Positions 51,103 to 60,466 are shown, counted from the stretch's first letter. The stretch is 64,000 nucleotides of DNA from an uncultured Actinomycetes bacterium (GCA_963704725.1 OY969934.1:3200001-3264000); one strand, 5' to 3'. A program made the numbers and translations. Notes: generated by a model from the letters alone, not told the origin.

Positions 51103-51920
51103 GCCCCGTCTCGGTACCGCGCGTCGCGCCAGGCGATCGCCGCCTTCAGTCCCTGCTCCTGGGTGATCCGGCGGAACTCGTCGCGCGCCGGCAGGTTGGC
51201 CGTCTCGATCCCCACGTCGATCTCGACGTTGGCCTCCATGGCCGCGCGGAACCCCGCCACGTCCCAGGCGCGGTTCACCGCTCGCTTGGTCGACTGCACG
51301 ACGAACGGCTCGTTCTTGGCGATCTCCTCGGCGAGCGCGAGCGTCGCCGAGTCGAGCTCGTCCCGCGGGACCACGCGGTTGACGAGCCCGAGCCGCAGCG
51401 CCTCGGCCGCGCTCACCCGGTCCTCGCCGGTGAGCAGCAGCTCCTTCGCCGACCGGACGCCGATGACCCACGGCAGGAACATCGACACGACGCCCGAGCC
51501 GAACCGGACGTCCACGTACCCGAAGAACGCGTCGTCCGCCGCGACGGCCAGATCGCACGCGAGCATCAGGTCGGTGCCGCCGGCCAGGCAGTAGGAGTGG
51601 ACGCTCGCGATCACCGGCTTGGGATGGTCGAGGATCCGCAGCATCCGGTCGTTGTCGTGCTTGAGCACGCGGTGCCACTCTCGGGCGTCGACCTCGCCCT
51701 CTTCGGCGTCCTCGTTCAGGTCGTAGCCGGCGCAGAACGCGCGCCCCGCACCGCGCAGGATCACTGCGTGCACGGCGTCTTCGTCCGCCGCCGCGTCCAG
51801 CGCCTCCATCAGCGCGTCCATGAGCTCGCCGTTCAGCGCGTTCAGCGCGTTCGGCCGGTTCAGGGTGAGCCGCCGGACCGGGCCGAGGTCCTCCCTCACC
51901 ACCACGGGCTCGGCGCTCAC
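51099..51920 (-). CDS. Enoyl-CoA hydratase/isomerase (crotonase) family protein
   Basis: LTLNRPNALNAL, FCAGYDL, AGGTDL..ACD, A..LGLVNRVV. Confidence 0.9.
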   Translation of the reverse strand: MSAEPVVVREDLGPVRRLTLNRPNALNALNGELMDALMEALDAAADEDAVHAVILRGAGRAFCAGYDLNEDAEEGEVDAREWHRVLKHDNDRMLRILDHPKPVIASVHSYCLAGGTDLMLACDLAVAADDAFFGYVDVRFGSGVVSMFLPWVIGVRSAKELLLTGEDRVSAAEALRLGLVNRVVPRDELDSATLALAEEIAKNEPFVVQSTKRAVNRAWDVAGFRAAMEANVEIDVGIETANLPARDEFRRITQEQGLKAAIAWRDARYRDGA

Positions 51921-51997
51921 GGGTCTCCCTCCGACGTGGACGCCGCGGCCCGAGCCCTGCCCGGACCGAGCCGCGGCTGGCCGGATGATACACGGCG

Positions 51998-52017
51998 GTT
52001 TGAACGGCCCTTCAAAC
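51998..52017. promoter_or_regulatory. Putative TetR operator E
   Basis: gtTTGAACGGCCCTTCAAac upstream of the crotonase-ligase-EamA unit. Confidence 0.72.
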
Positions 52018-53268
52018 GCGGTCCATCACCGCGCGGATCTCCCTCGCCGCGCGGCGGCCGCTGCGCAGCGCCCCCTCCAGGGTCCCGTGCCACCGGGTCC
52101 CCGCGGTATGTTCGCCGGCCAGGGCGATCCGTCCGACGGCCGGCTCCAGCGCCGGCAGCAGCGACGGCGCGCCCGGCGGGACGGCGCTGTAGGCGCCCCC
52201 GGCCAAGGGCTCGGATCCCCACGCAACCACGCGGGCCGCCCACTCCGCCTCGATCGACGGGTCCAGCGACCGGAGCCGGCGGATCCACGTGTCGAGGCCG
52301 CCGCCCGCGAGCTCCGCCTCGGTGGACGGCCATGCGGCGAACGACATGACGCAGCGCCGGGCGCGACCGCCCTCGCCGAGCGCCGTCCACCACCAGAACG
52401 GCCCCTCCAGGCTCTGGCGCGCTGCGGGATCCGGCTCGTCCGCGAGCTCGAAGACGAGCTTGCCGGCCGCACCCATGTCGAGCGAGGCCAGCGCCTCGCG
52501 GACCCCGGGCGGCAGCGTCGGCTCGATCGGGAGCGCCCGCAGCATCGGCAGCGGCAGGGCGACCACCCCCGCGGCGGCGTCCACCTCGCCGCCGCCCCTC
52601 GAACGCGGATCGCCCCCGGCGTCGTCGAGCCGGACCCGCACACCTCCGCGATCCTGCACCACGCCGGTCGCGGAGCAGCCCAGGCGCACGTCGGCGAGCC
52701 GGTCGGCGATCGCCTCGGCGAGCGCCTGCGCCCCGTCCGCGAGGCGCCGGGTCGGCCCGGCGCCGTCGGGGTGCAGGAGGTCCTCGGCCGCCGCCAGCGC
52801 GACCCGCTGCAAGGGCACGGCGCAGGTCCCGCGGATCCTGGCTCGAACGCCGGCCGCGGCCTCCGCGTCCCCGCCGAGCTCGTCGAGGAACGAGGCCAGG
52901 GAACGGCGCTCTCGCTCGGCCGGCGGGACCCGCACCAGGGCCTCGGTCGCCGCCGCCAGGAACGCCTCCTGGCGCTCAAGGCCCGCCGCCCCGCCCGTGG
53001 GCTCGCGACGGGCGAAGTCGACGCCCGTCGGCACCAGCGGCAGGCCGAGCCGCCGCGCCACCCCCTCGAGCTCCTCGTATCCCTCGAAGACCCACTCGCC
53101 GCCGAGCTCGGCCAGCGCGCCGCCTGCGAGCCGGACAGTCCGGGCTCGCCCGCCCACGCGGTCGCCCGCCTCCAGCACGGTCACCGAGAGCCCCGCGTCC
53201 TGCAGGTCGAGCGCGGCGGCCAGGCCGGCGTAGCCGGCACCGATCACGACCACGTCGGGGTTGCTCAT
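52012..53268 (-). CDS. Flavin monoamine oxidase family protein
   Basis: IGAGYAGL, EAGDRVGGR, ELGGEW, GGAYS, LAGEHT...GTLEGALRSG. Confidence 0.88.
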   Translation of the reverse strand: MSNPDVVVIGAGYAGLAAALDLQDAGLSVTVLEAGDRVGGRARTVRLAGGALAELGGEWVFEGYEELEGVARRLGLPLVPTGVDFARREPTGGAAGLERQEAFLAAATEALVRVPPAERERRSLASFLDELGGDAEAAAGVRARIRGTCAVPLQRVALAAAEDLLHPDGAGPTRRLADGAQALAEAIADRLADVRLGCSATGVVQDRGGVRVRLDDAGGDPRSRGGGEVDAAAGVVALPLPMLRALPIEPTLPPGVREALASLDMGAAGKLVFELADEPDPAARQSLEGPFWWWTALGEGGRARRCVMSFAAWPSTEAELAGGGLDTWIRRLRSLDPSIEAEWAARVVAWGSEPLAGGAYSAVPPGAPSLLPALEPAVGRIALAGEHTAGTRWHGTLEGALRSGRRAAREIRAVMDRV

Positions 53269-53314
53269 CCGGGAGACTGGGTTGCGGAACGACCGGTGCC
53301 TATGCTACTCAGGC

Positions 53315-53334
53315 GTTTGTACGGCCGTACAAAC
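53315..53334. promoter_or_regulatory. Putative TetR operator F (perfect 20-bp palindrome)
   Basis: GTTTGTACGGCCGTACAAAC just downstream of a -10-like TATGCT (53301-53306), between the amine oxidase and potD-like genes. Confidence 0.75.
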
Positions 53335-53355
53335 ACCGAATCGGAGGTGGGGGGC

Positions 53356-54648
53356 ATGGCACACCCGTTCGAGCGACGGCCGGGGATGAGCCGACGGGAC
53401 TTCCTGAGGACCTCGGTCGGCGCGGCCGCCCTCCTGCCTTCGGCCGCGGCGATCCTCGCCGCCTGCTCCAAGCCCGGGACGACCAGCGGCGGTGGCGACG
53501 GGGGCGGGGGAACCGCCGCGACGGGCGGAACCGCCGGGCGAGTCCTGGCGCGCCCGGACAACCCCGTGACCCTGCCCATGAGCCGCGATCCGATATCGAC
53601 CGATACGCCGATCGAGACGGGGACCCTGCGCGTCTACAACTGGGCCGACTACATGTACAAGAAGGTGATCAAGGGCTTCGAGGACCAGTACGGCGTCACG
53701 GTCGAGGTCACCACCTTCCAGAACATGGAGGAGGGAATCCAGAAGCTCGTCGCCGGCCAGGTCCAGGCCGACGTCTTCTTCCCAACCACCGATTACATCT
53801 CCCGCCTGGTCGAGCGCGATCTGATCCAGCCGGTCAACCACGAGCTGCTCCCGAACCTGGTGGCCAACTACTGGCAATCGTTCTGGGACCCCGGCCCCTG
53901 GTACGACCTCGGCTGGGAATACACCGTCCCGTACACGATCTACACGACGGGGGTGGCGTACCGGCGCGACCGTATCAGCGACGAGGACGCCGCCGCGGCC
54001 GGATACGAGCTGCTGTTCAACCAAGCCTACAACGGAGCCGTGAGCTACTACGACTCGTACCGAGACGCGCTCGGCATGATGATGCTCCGCAACGGGGACA
54101 CGGACATGAACACGGACGATCCGGCCGTGATCGGGAAGGCGAAGGACGACGTCCTCCAGCTGATCGTCGACAACGGCGCTCGCCTGACGATCAACGGCGT
54201 GTACTCGAAGCTCCCCGAGGGCGAGTTCAGCGTCGCGCAGTCCTGGTCGGGCGACATCGTCGGCGCCCAGTGGTACCTGCCGAAGGACACCACCACCGAC
54301 GTGCTCGGCTACTGGTACCCGTCGGACGGCAGAGGGCTGATCGGCAACGACACGATCGCGATCCCCACCGGCGCGCAGAGCCCGCGCCTCGCGCACGAGT
54401 TCCTGAACTTCCTGATGGACGCGCACTGGGGCTACCTCAACTTCACCGACTGGAACGGCTACCAGCCGCCGATGACCTCGATCGATCCGGCCCGGCTGAT
54501 CGACGAGGGCGTCGTCCCTCCCACCCTGCCGCTCGCAGTCGTGTCCGAGGACAACTTCAAGACCGGCTACTTCAACGGGACGGAGCTGACGGCCGAGGCA
54601 GACCAGCTCTGGATCGACGCCTGGAGCGAGATCCAGGCCGGTGGCTAG
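53356..54648 (+). CDS. Polyamine ABC substrate-binding Tat lipoprotein (PotD-like)
   Basis: SRRDFL, LAAC, VYNWADY, SWSGD; GGAGG RBS. Confidence 0.88.
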   Translation: MAHPFERRPGMSRRDFLRTSVGAAALLPSAAAILAACSKPGTTSGGGDGGGGTAATGGTAGRVLARPDNPVTLPMSRDPISTDTPIETGTLRVYNWADYMYKKVIKGFEDQYGVTVEVTTFQNMEEGIQKLVAGQVQADVFFPTTDYISRLVERDLIQPVNHELLPNLVANYWQSFWDPGPWYDLGWEYTVPYTIYTTGVAYRRDRISDEDAAAAGYELLFNQAYNGAVSYYDSYRDALGMMMLRNGDTDMNTDDPAVIGKAKDDVLQLIVDNGARLTINGVYSKLPEGEFSVAQSWSGDIVGAQWYLPKDTTTDVLGYWYPSDGRGLIGNDTIAIPTGAQSPRLAHEFLNFLMDAHWGYLNFTDWNGYQPPMTSIDPARLIDEGVVPPTLPLAVVSEDNFKTGYFNGTELTAEADQLWIDAWSEIQAGG

Positions 54649-55591
54649 CTCGATCGACGCGGCGCCGCGACGCAGGCGGCGCCGGACTCGAGCGAGCGAG
54701 ACCCGGTCGGGTGTCTGGTATCCGCGGTGGTACTGGCCCTCGTTCACGCTACCCGGGAGCGCCTGGCTGGCGGTGTTCTTCGTCCTGCCGTTCTGGGTGG
54801 TGCTCTCCGTGGCCTTCGGCACGGTCGAGCCCCTGTTCCGGACGCCCCTGCCCGTCTACCAGCCGTGGTGGTGGAGCTTCGCGACGTTCTCGGAGACCTT
54901 CCAGAAGTTCTACGCGGGCGATCGGATCTACCTCGACCCGCTGATCCGCACCTTGGCGTACGTGTTCGCCGCGAGCCTGATCTGCCTGGTCGTCGGCTAC
55001 GCCGTCGCGTACTACACGGCTCGCTCCGCGGGGCGCTCGCGCGGGCTGATCCTGATGTTGCTGATCGCTCCGTTCTGGATCAGCTACTTGATGCGGATCT
55101 ACGCGTGGCAGAGCCTCCTACAGCCGGACGGCTACATCAACGACGCGATCGGCGTGTTCGGCGTCTCCCCCGTGAACTGGATCGGCCAGCCGGTCACGGT
55201 CGTCCTCGGGCTGGTGTACGGCTACATCCCGTACATGATCCTGCCGCTCTTCGGGTTTCTCGACCGGATCGATGACCGACTCCTGGAGGCGGGACGCGAT
55301 CTCGGGGCGAGCCCGTTCCAGACGTTCCGGCGCGTCACGCTGCCGATGTCCAAGCCCGGGATCCTCGCAGGGTTGGTGATCGTGTCGCTGCCGATGTTCG
55401 GCGACTACTACACGAACAACCTGCTCGGGAGCCAGCGCACGTCGATGTTCGGCAACCTGATCGACAACGCGGTAGGCCAAGCGGGCCAGCAGCCCGAGGC
55501 CGGTGCGCTCGTGCTGCTCCTCATCACGATCGTGATCGTGCCGATGGTCTACTACCTGCGCTCGACCAGGCGCACCGTGGAGTCGGCGTGA
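54641..55591 (+). CDS. Polyamine ABC permease (PotB-like)
   Basis: PFWISYLMRIYAW, YIPYMILPL, EAGRDLGA loop. Confidence 0.9.
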   Translation: MASSIDAAPRRRRRRTRASETRSGVWYPRWYWPSFTLPGSAWLAVFFVLPFWVVLSVAFGTVEPLFRTPLPVYQPWWWSFATFSETFQKFYAGDRIYLDPLIRTLAYVFAASLICLVVGYAVAYYTARSAGRSRGLILMLLIAPFWISYLMRIYAWQSLLQPDGYINDAIGVFGVSPVNWIGQPVTVVLGLVYGYIPYMILPLFGFLDRIDDRLLEAGRDLGASPFQTFRRVTLPMSKPGILAGLVIVSLPMFGDYYTNNLLGSQRTSMFGNLIDNAVGQAGQQPEAGALVLLLITIVIVPMVYYLRSTRRTVESA

Positions 55592-56511
55592 GCGAGGCGA
55601 CGATCCAGCCACAGAGGACGTCCGCGGTCAGCGCGCCGAGGGGCCTCACGAGGTGGGTCCGAAATCCCTGGCGCAAGCCGCGCGTCCTGCAGGGCATCAC
55701 CTGGGTCTATCTGTTCTGGTCGATCGTGCCCGTCGTGATCGCGGTCGTCTTCTCCTTCAACGCCGGCCGGTCCCGGAGCACGTGGCAGGGGTTCTCGCTC
55801 CGGTGGTGGACTCAGGACCCGTTCGACTCCCTGTGGCGCGACGCCGAGCTGCGAACCGCCATGTTCCAGACGCTCCGGCTCTCGCTCGGGACGGTGCTGT
55901 TGGCGGTCCCGCTCGGCACGGCCTTCGCGATCGGGGTCGACCGGTGGCGAGGGCGTCCGGCGGCCACCGCCAACTTCTTCATGCTCTTCTCGTTCGTGAT
56001 CCCCGAGATCATCCTCGGGGTCTCGCTGTTCCTGCTGTTCACCAACCTGATCCACAACGCGATCCCGCTCGGCACCACCGCGCAGATCCTGGGTCTGGTC
56101 ACCTTCCAGCTGTCCTATCCGGTGATCATCGTGCGCGCGCGATTGCTCTCGATCGGGCCCGAGTACGAGGAGGCGGCCATGGACCTCGGCGCGTCGCCGA
56201 ACCAGGCCCTTCGCAGGGTTCTGCTGCCGCTGCTCGGGCCGGCGATCCTTGCCAGCGCCGCGCTCGTCTTCGCCGACTCCGTGGATAACTTCGTGACCGT
56301 CCGTTACCTGTCCGCACAGGCGCCGACGGAGCCGCTGTCGGTGAAGATCTACACGGCCGCGAGGACCTCGCCGACGCCGGCGGTCAACGCCGCCGCCACG
56401 GTGATGCTCGTGGCCACCCTGCTCACGATCGCGCTCGCGTGGGTGCTCTACCGGCGGATCGCGGGGAGCCGTGGCGAGGGCATGTCGGCGGCCGGGCTCG
56501 CCGAGCTCTGA
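55588..56511 (+). CDS. Polyamine ABC permease (PotC-like)
   Basis: FSFN..GFSLRW, PEII.GVSL, EEAAMDLGA. Confidence 0.9.
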   Translation: MSEATIQPQRTSAVSAPRGLTRWVRNPWRKPRVLQGITWVYLFWSIVPVVIAVVFSFNAGRSRSTWQGFSLRWWTQDPFDSLWRDAELRTAMFQTLRLSLGTVLLAVPLGTAFAIGVDRWRGRPAATANFFMLFSFVIPEIILGVSLFLLFTNLIHNAIPLGTTAQILGLVTFQLSYPVIIVRARLLSIGPEYEEAAMDLGASPNQALRRVLLPLLGPAILASAALVFADSVDNFVTVRYLSAQAPTEPLSVKIYTAARTSPTPAVNAAATVMLVATLLTIALAWVLYRRIAGSRGEGMSAAGLAEL

Positions 56512-56514
56512 GGC

Positions 56515-57636
56515 TCAGCCAGCCGGCGCATCCAGCATGGCGGCCCGCGAGCCGGCGCTCGAGTCGACCAGCACCCGGAGCGCGTCGGGCGGCAGGTGCA
56601 CCGAGACCGGATGCCCCTGTTCGAAGGGAAGACCCTCACCCTGGTTCTGCACCCAGACCTGGATCGTCTGGCCCGGCGCGAGGTGCACGATCACCTGCAT
56701 GATCGAGCCGACGTAGACCACGCGCTCGACCATGCCCGGCACCCGGTTCTCGCCGGCGGTGCCGCCCTCGTGGAGCCGGACGCGCTCGGGCCGGATGACG
56801 ATCTTCACGTCCCCCTGCGCGTCGGTGTCGCCCTGCGCTGCCATGAGGTCGAACTCGCCGAGCCGGATCGCCGCCCGCCCGTCCTGGCGAGCCCCCGCGG
56901 CCCGCGCGTCCATCAGGTTCGAGACGCCCAGGAAATCCGCGACGTAGGTGGTCCTCGGCTCCTCGTACACCTCCGACGGCGTGCCCACCTGCTCGACCCG
57001 GCCGTTGCTCATGACGGCCAGGCGGTCGGACATCGTGAGCGCCTCCTCCTGGTCGTGCGTGACGTAGATGAACGTGATGCCGATCTCCTCCTGGAGCGCT
57101 TTGAGCTCGATCTGCAGCGCCTTGCGCAGCTTGGCGTCGAGCGCGCCGAGCGGCTCGTCGAGCAGGAGCACCGCGGGGTTCAGGACGAGCGCCCGCGCCA
57201 GAGCGACGCGCTGCTGCTGCCCCCCCGAGAGCTGCGAGGGCCGGCGCTGTCCGAGCCCCTCGAGCCGCACGAGCGCGAGCGCGTCTCCCACCTTCTTCCG
57301 CACCTCGGCCTTCGAGACCTCCTGGTACCGGAGGCCGAAGCCGACGTTCTCCTCAACGGTCAGGTGCGGGAACAGGGCGTAGTTCTGGAACACCGTGTTG
57401 ACGTTGCGCTTGTGCGGCGGGGTCTGGGCCATGTCCACGCCGTCGAGGAGGATCTGCCCCTCGTCGGGGCGCTCGAACCCGGCGATCAGCCTCAGCGTCG
57501 TGGTCTTGCCGCACCCGGAGGGCCCGAGCAGCGAGAAGAACTCGCCCGGGGGCATGTCGAGGTTGATCCCGGCGACCGCGGTCACGTCCGTGAACCGCTT
57601 CACCAGATCGACGAGCTGGACCTCTCCCCCGGCCAT
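56515..57636 (-). CDS. Polyamine ABC ATP-binding protein (PotA-like)
   Basis: GPSGCGKT, NTVFQNYALFPH, LSGGQQQR, TFIYVTHDQEEAL, C-terminal TOBE-like region. Confidence 0.92.
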   Translation of the reverse strand: MAGGEVQLVDLVKRFTDVTAVAGINLDMPPGEFFSLLGPSGCGKTTTLRLIAGFERPDEGQILLDGVDMAQTPPHKRNVNTVFQNYALFPHLTVEENVGFGLRYQEVSKAEVRKKVGDALALVRLEGLGQRRPSQLSGGQQQRVALARALVLNPAVLLLDEPLGALDAKLRKALQIELKALQEEIGITFIYVTHDQEEALTMSDRLAVMSNGRVEQVGTPSEVYEEPRTTYVADFLGVSNLMDARAAGARQDGRAAIRLGEFDLMAAQGDTDAQGDVKIVIRPERVRLHEGGTAGENRVPGMVERVVYVGSIMQVIVHLAPGQTIQVWVQNQGEGLPFEQGHPVSVHLPPDALRVLVDSSAGSRAAMLDAPAG

Positions 57637-57669
57637 GGCACGCGGAGGATACCCGAGGTGCCCAGGCGT

Positions 57670-57685
57670 TTGCATCGCCGTTCAG
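57670..57685. promoter_or_regulatory. Putative TetR operator H (weaker match)
   Basis: Minus strand CTGAACGGCGATGCAA, about 34 bp upstream of the potA-like ATG. Confidence 0.55.
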
Positions 57686-57713
57686 CCAGGGCCGGCCTCG
57701 ACACGTCAGATCC

Positions 57714-59162
57714 CTACTCGAGGTTCACGTAGACGGCCTTCTTCTCCAGGAAGTCCTCGACGCCCTCCTTGCCGAGCTCGCGCCCGATGCCCGACTGCTT
57801 GTAGCCGCCCCAGGGCATCTCGGTCGGTGCCGACTGCGTGTCGTTGATCCAGACCACCCCGGCCCGGAGGGCCTGGGCCGTCCGCAGCGCCTTCTTGATG
57901 TCGTTCGTCCAGATCGCCGCGGCGAGCCCGTACTGGTTGTCGTTCGCCATCTCGACCACGTCCTCGACGTCGCCGAACGGGATCACCGACATGACGGGCC
58001 CGAAGATCTCCTCTCGCGCGATCGTGTCCGTGTTGTGCACGTCGGCGAAGATCGTCGGCGGCACGAAGTACCCGGTCGCCAGCCGCGGCTCGGCCGGCCG
58101 CGTGCCCTGCACGGCCAGGGTGGCCTCCGCCTGGCCGATCTCGATGTACCGCTCCACGCGCTCCAGCTGCTCCTCGCTGACGAGGGGACCCATCGTGGTC
58201 TCCTCGTCGAGCCCGTCGCCAAGCCGGATCTCCTTGGCCAGGTCCACGAACGCGTTCAGGGCGTCGTCGTAGATCGAGCGGTCGACGAAGACGCGCGTGC
58301 CGGCCGAGCAGATCTCGCCCTGGTTCCAGAACACACCGTTGCAGGAGCCCTCCACGGCCGTCGCGAAGTCGGCGTCGGCGAACACGATGTTCGGCGACTT
58401 GCCGCCGAGCTCGAGCGTGACCCGCTTCAGCGTGTCCGCGCCCGAGCGCATGATGGTCCGGCCGACCTCGCGCGAGCCCGTGAACGTGATCTTGTCCACG
58501 CCGGCGTGCGCGACGAGCGGCGCCCCCGCCGTCTCGCCGAACCCGGTGAGGACGTGGAACACGCCGGGGGGCAACCCGGCCTCCTCGAGGATCCTCGGCA
58601 GCTCGAGGCACGTGAGCGGGGTCTGCTCGGGCGGCTTGAGGATGAACGTGCATCCCGCCGCCAGCGCCGCCGCGAGCTTCTGCGACGCCATCGACATCGG
58701 GTAGTTCCACGGCGTGATCCCGGCGGCGACCCCCACCGGCTCCTTCCACACCATGAACATCGCGTCGCGCGAGACGTGCTGGACGTCGCCGTCGATCTTC
58801 GTGGCCCAGCCGCCGTAGTACTCGAACATGTAGGCGACCTCGTCGACGTCGCCCCGCGCGTCGCCGATCGGCTTGCCCGAGTCGAGCGTCTCCAGGCGCG
58901 CCAGGCGGTCCCGCTCGCGGCGGATGATCTCGGCGGCTCGGAACAGGATCTGCCCTCGCTCGCGCGCCGGCGTTCCCGGCCACCACGAGCCCTCGTCGAA
59001 GCACCGCCGGGCGCTCGCGACGGCCAGGTCGACGTCGGCCGGCTTGGAGTGGGCCGCGGTCGCGATGACCTCGCCGGTGGCGGGGTTGAACACGTCGAAC
59101 CGCTCCCCGTCCAGGGCGTCGACCCACCGACCGTCGACGTAGTTCTGCAGCGCATCAGCCAC
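57714..59162 (-). CDS. Aldehyde dehydrogenase (amino-/betaine aldehyde type)
   Basis: ITPWNYP, FTGS, LELGGKSP, NQGEICSAG, EEIFGP, GGYKQSG; GGAGG RBS before GTG. Confidence 0.93.
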   Translation of the reverse strand: MADALQNYVDGRWVDALDGERFDVFNPATGEVIATAAHSKPADVDLAVASARRCFDEGSWWPGTPARERGQILFRAAEIIRRERDRLARLETLDSGKPIGDARGDVDEVAYMFEYYGGWATKIDGDVQHVSRDAMFMVWKEPVGVAAGITPWNYPMSMASQKLAAALAAGCTFILKPPEQTPLTCLELPRILEEAGLPPGVFHVLTGFGETAGAPLVAHAGVDKITFTGSREVGRTIMRSGADTLKRVTLELGGKSPNIVFADADFATAVEGSCNGVFWNQGEICSAGTRVFVDRSIYDDALNAFVDLAKEIRLGDGLDEETTMGPLVSEEQLERVERYIEIGQAEATLAVQGTRPAEPRLATGYFVPPTIFADVHNTDTIAREEIFGPVMSVIPFGDVEDVVEMANDNQYGLAAAIWTNDIKKALRTAQALRAGVVWINDTQSAPTEMPWGGYKQSGIGRELGKEGVEDFLEKKAVYVNLE

Positions 59163-59183
59163 GGGTCCCCCTCCGTGCCGCTC

Positions 59184-59199
59184 TTGAACGACCATTCAG
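59184..59199. promoter_or_regulatory. Putative TetR operator G
   Basis: TTGAACGACCATTCAG abutting a minus-strand -10-like TAGGCT (59203-59198) upstream of the ALDH gene. Confidence 0.7.
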
Positions 59200-59230
59200 C
59201 CTATCGCGGGGCGACGCCGGAGCGGAAGGG

Positions 59231-59515
59231 CTAGTCCTGCAACCACTCCCCGTCGGTCCACTCCGGGTCCGCCTCCAGGAGCGCGCGCATCTTCAGGTAC
59301 GACTCGTGCTGCTCGGGGCTGTCCGCATTCGTGTCGTACGAGTCCTTGTCCTCGAACAGCACGGCGACGATCACCTCGTCGTCCCAGGCGTCCGGGAGCA
59401 GCACGTGCGCGCTCACGAACCCCGGAACCTGCCGGGTTCGCGCCTCGCTCGCCCACGCGCGCAGCGCGTCGAGGTTCTCCCGCTTGACCTTCATCCTGGC
59501 CACCGTCCCGTACAT
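59231..59515 (-). CDS. Small antibiotic-biosynthesis-monooxygenase-like (dimeric alpha/beta barrel) protein
   Basis: MYGTVARMKVK, PGF, FEDKDSY..NADSPEQ, PEWTDGE; GGAGG RBS. Confidence 0.7.
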   Translation of the reverse strand: MYGTVARMKVKRENLDALRAWASEARTRQVPGFVSAHVLLPDAWDDEVIVAVLFEDKDSYDTNADSPEQHESYLKMRALLEADPEWTDGEWLQD

Positions 59516-59602
59516 CGCACCCTCCCTCGCGTCGAGGGCGGCGAGCATACGCCACCCGCGCGGCCCCCACCGTCCGGCGCGCGCCGGGTACGCTCGCTCG
59601 TC

Positions 59603-60457
59603 ATGGCGATGGAGCGCTGGGTGCTCGGCGACGGCGTTCGGCTGTCCGCGCGCGAGTGGCCGGGCGACCGGGGCTCGGCGCTCCTCGTCCACGGGCTGGC
59701 GTCGTCCTCGCGGATCTGGGACCTCGTCGCGCCGAGGCTGTCGCGGGCCGAGATCCGGACCGTGGCGTACGACCAGCGCGGTCACGGCCGATCGGCCAAG
59801 CCCGCCGGGGCGTACGGCTTCGACCGCACGGCGGCAGACGCGGCCGCGGTGATCCGAGCGCTCCGGCTCCGCCGGCCGGTCGCGGTCGGGCACTCCTGGG
59901 GAGCGAACGTGGTCCTCGAGCTCGCGGTCCGTCACCCCCGCTCGGTCCGAGGGGTCGTCCTCGTCGACGGGGGGTTCCTGAGCCTGCGAGAGCGGTTCGA
60001 CTGGGCCACCGCCCGGCGGACGCTCGCCCCGCCGGAGATCGCCGGGACGCCGGTCGAGGAGTTCCTGCGCCACATCCGGCAGGGCCCCGGGACGGTGATC
60101 GGCCTCACGCCGGAGGTCGAGGAGGTGTTCCTCTCGCTGATGCGCGTCGACCGCGAGGGAAGGATCCACCCGCGGCTGTCGCGGACAAACCACCTCCGCA
60201 TCCTCCGGGCGCTGTGGGGGCAGGACACGATCGGGCTGCTCGAGCGGATCCGCGTCCCCACCCTGGTCCTGGCCGTGCGCGCGCTCCCCGGGACGCCGGA
60301 CTCGGCCGGGCTGCTCGAGGACAAGCGTCGGGCGGCCGCCGTCGTCCGCTCGATCGGAGATCCGGTCCGGTTCGAGTGGGTGACCGGGATCCACGACCTG
60401 CCGCTGCAACGACCGGACGCCCTGGCTCGGCGCATCGTTCGCGTCGTTCGAACGTAG
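59603..60457 (+). CDS. Alpha/beta fold hydrolase
   Basis: LVHGLAS, DQRGHG, GHSWG nucleophile elbow, C-terminal His (IHDLP). Confidence 0.9.
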   Translation: MAMERWVLGDGVRLSAREWPGDRGSALLVHGLASSSRIWDLVAPRLSRAEIRTVAYDQRGHGRSAKPAGAYGFDRTAADAAAVIRALRLRRPVAVGHSWGANVVLELAVRHPRSVRGVVLVDGGFLSLRERFDWATARRTLAPPEIAGTPVEEFLRHIRQGPGTVIGLTPEVEEVFLSLMRVDREGRIHPRLSRTNHLRILRALWGQDTIGLLERIRVPTLVLAVRALPGTPDSAGLLEDKRRAAAVVRSIGDPVRFEWVTGIHDLPLQRPDALARRIVRVVRT

Positions 60458-60466
60458 GATGGCGGC

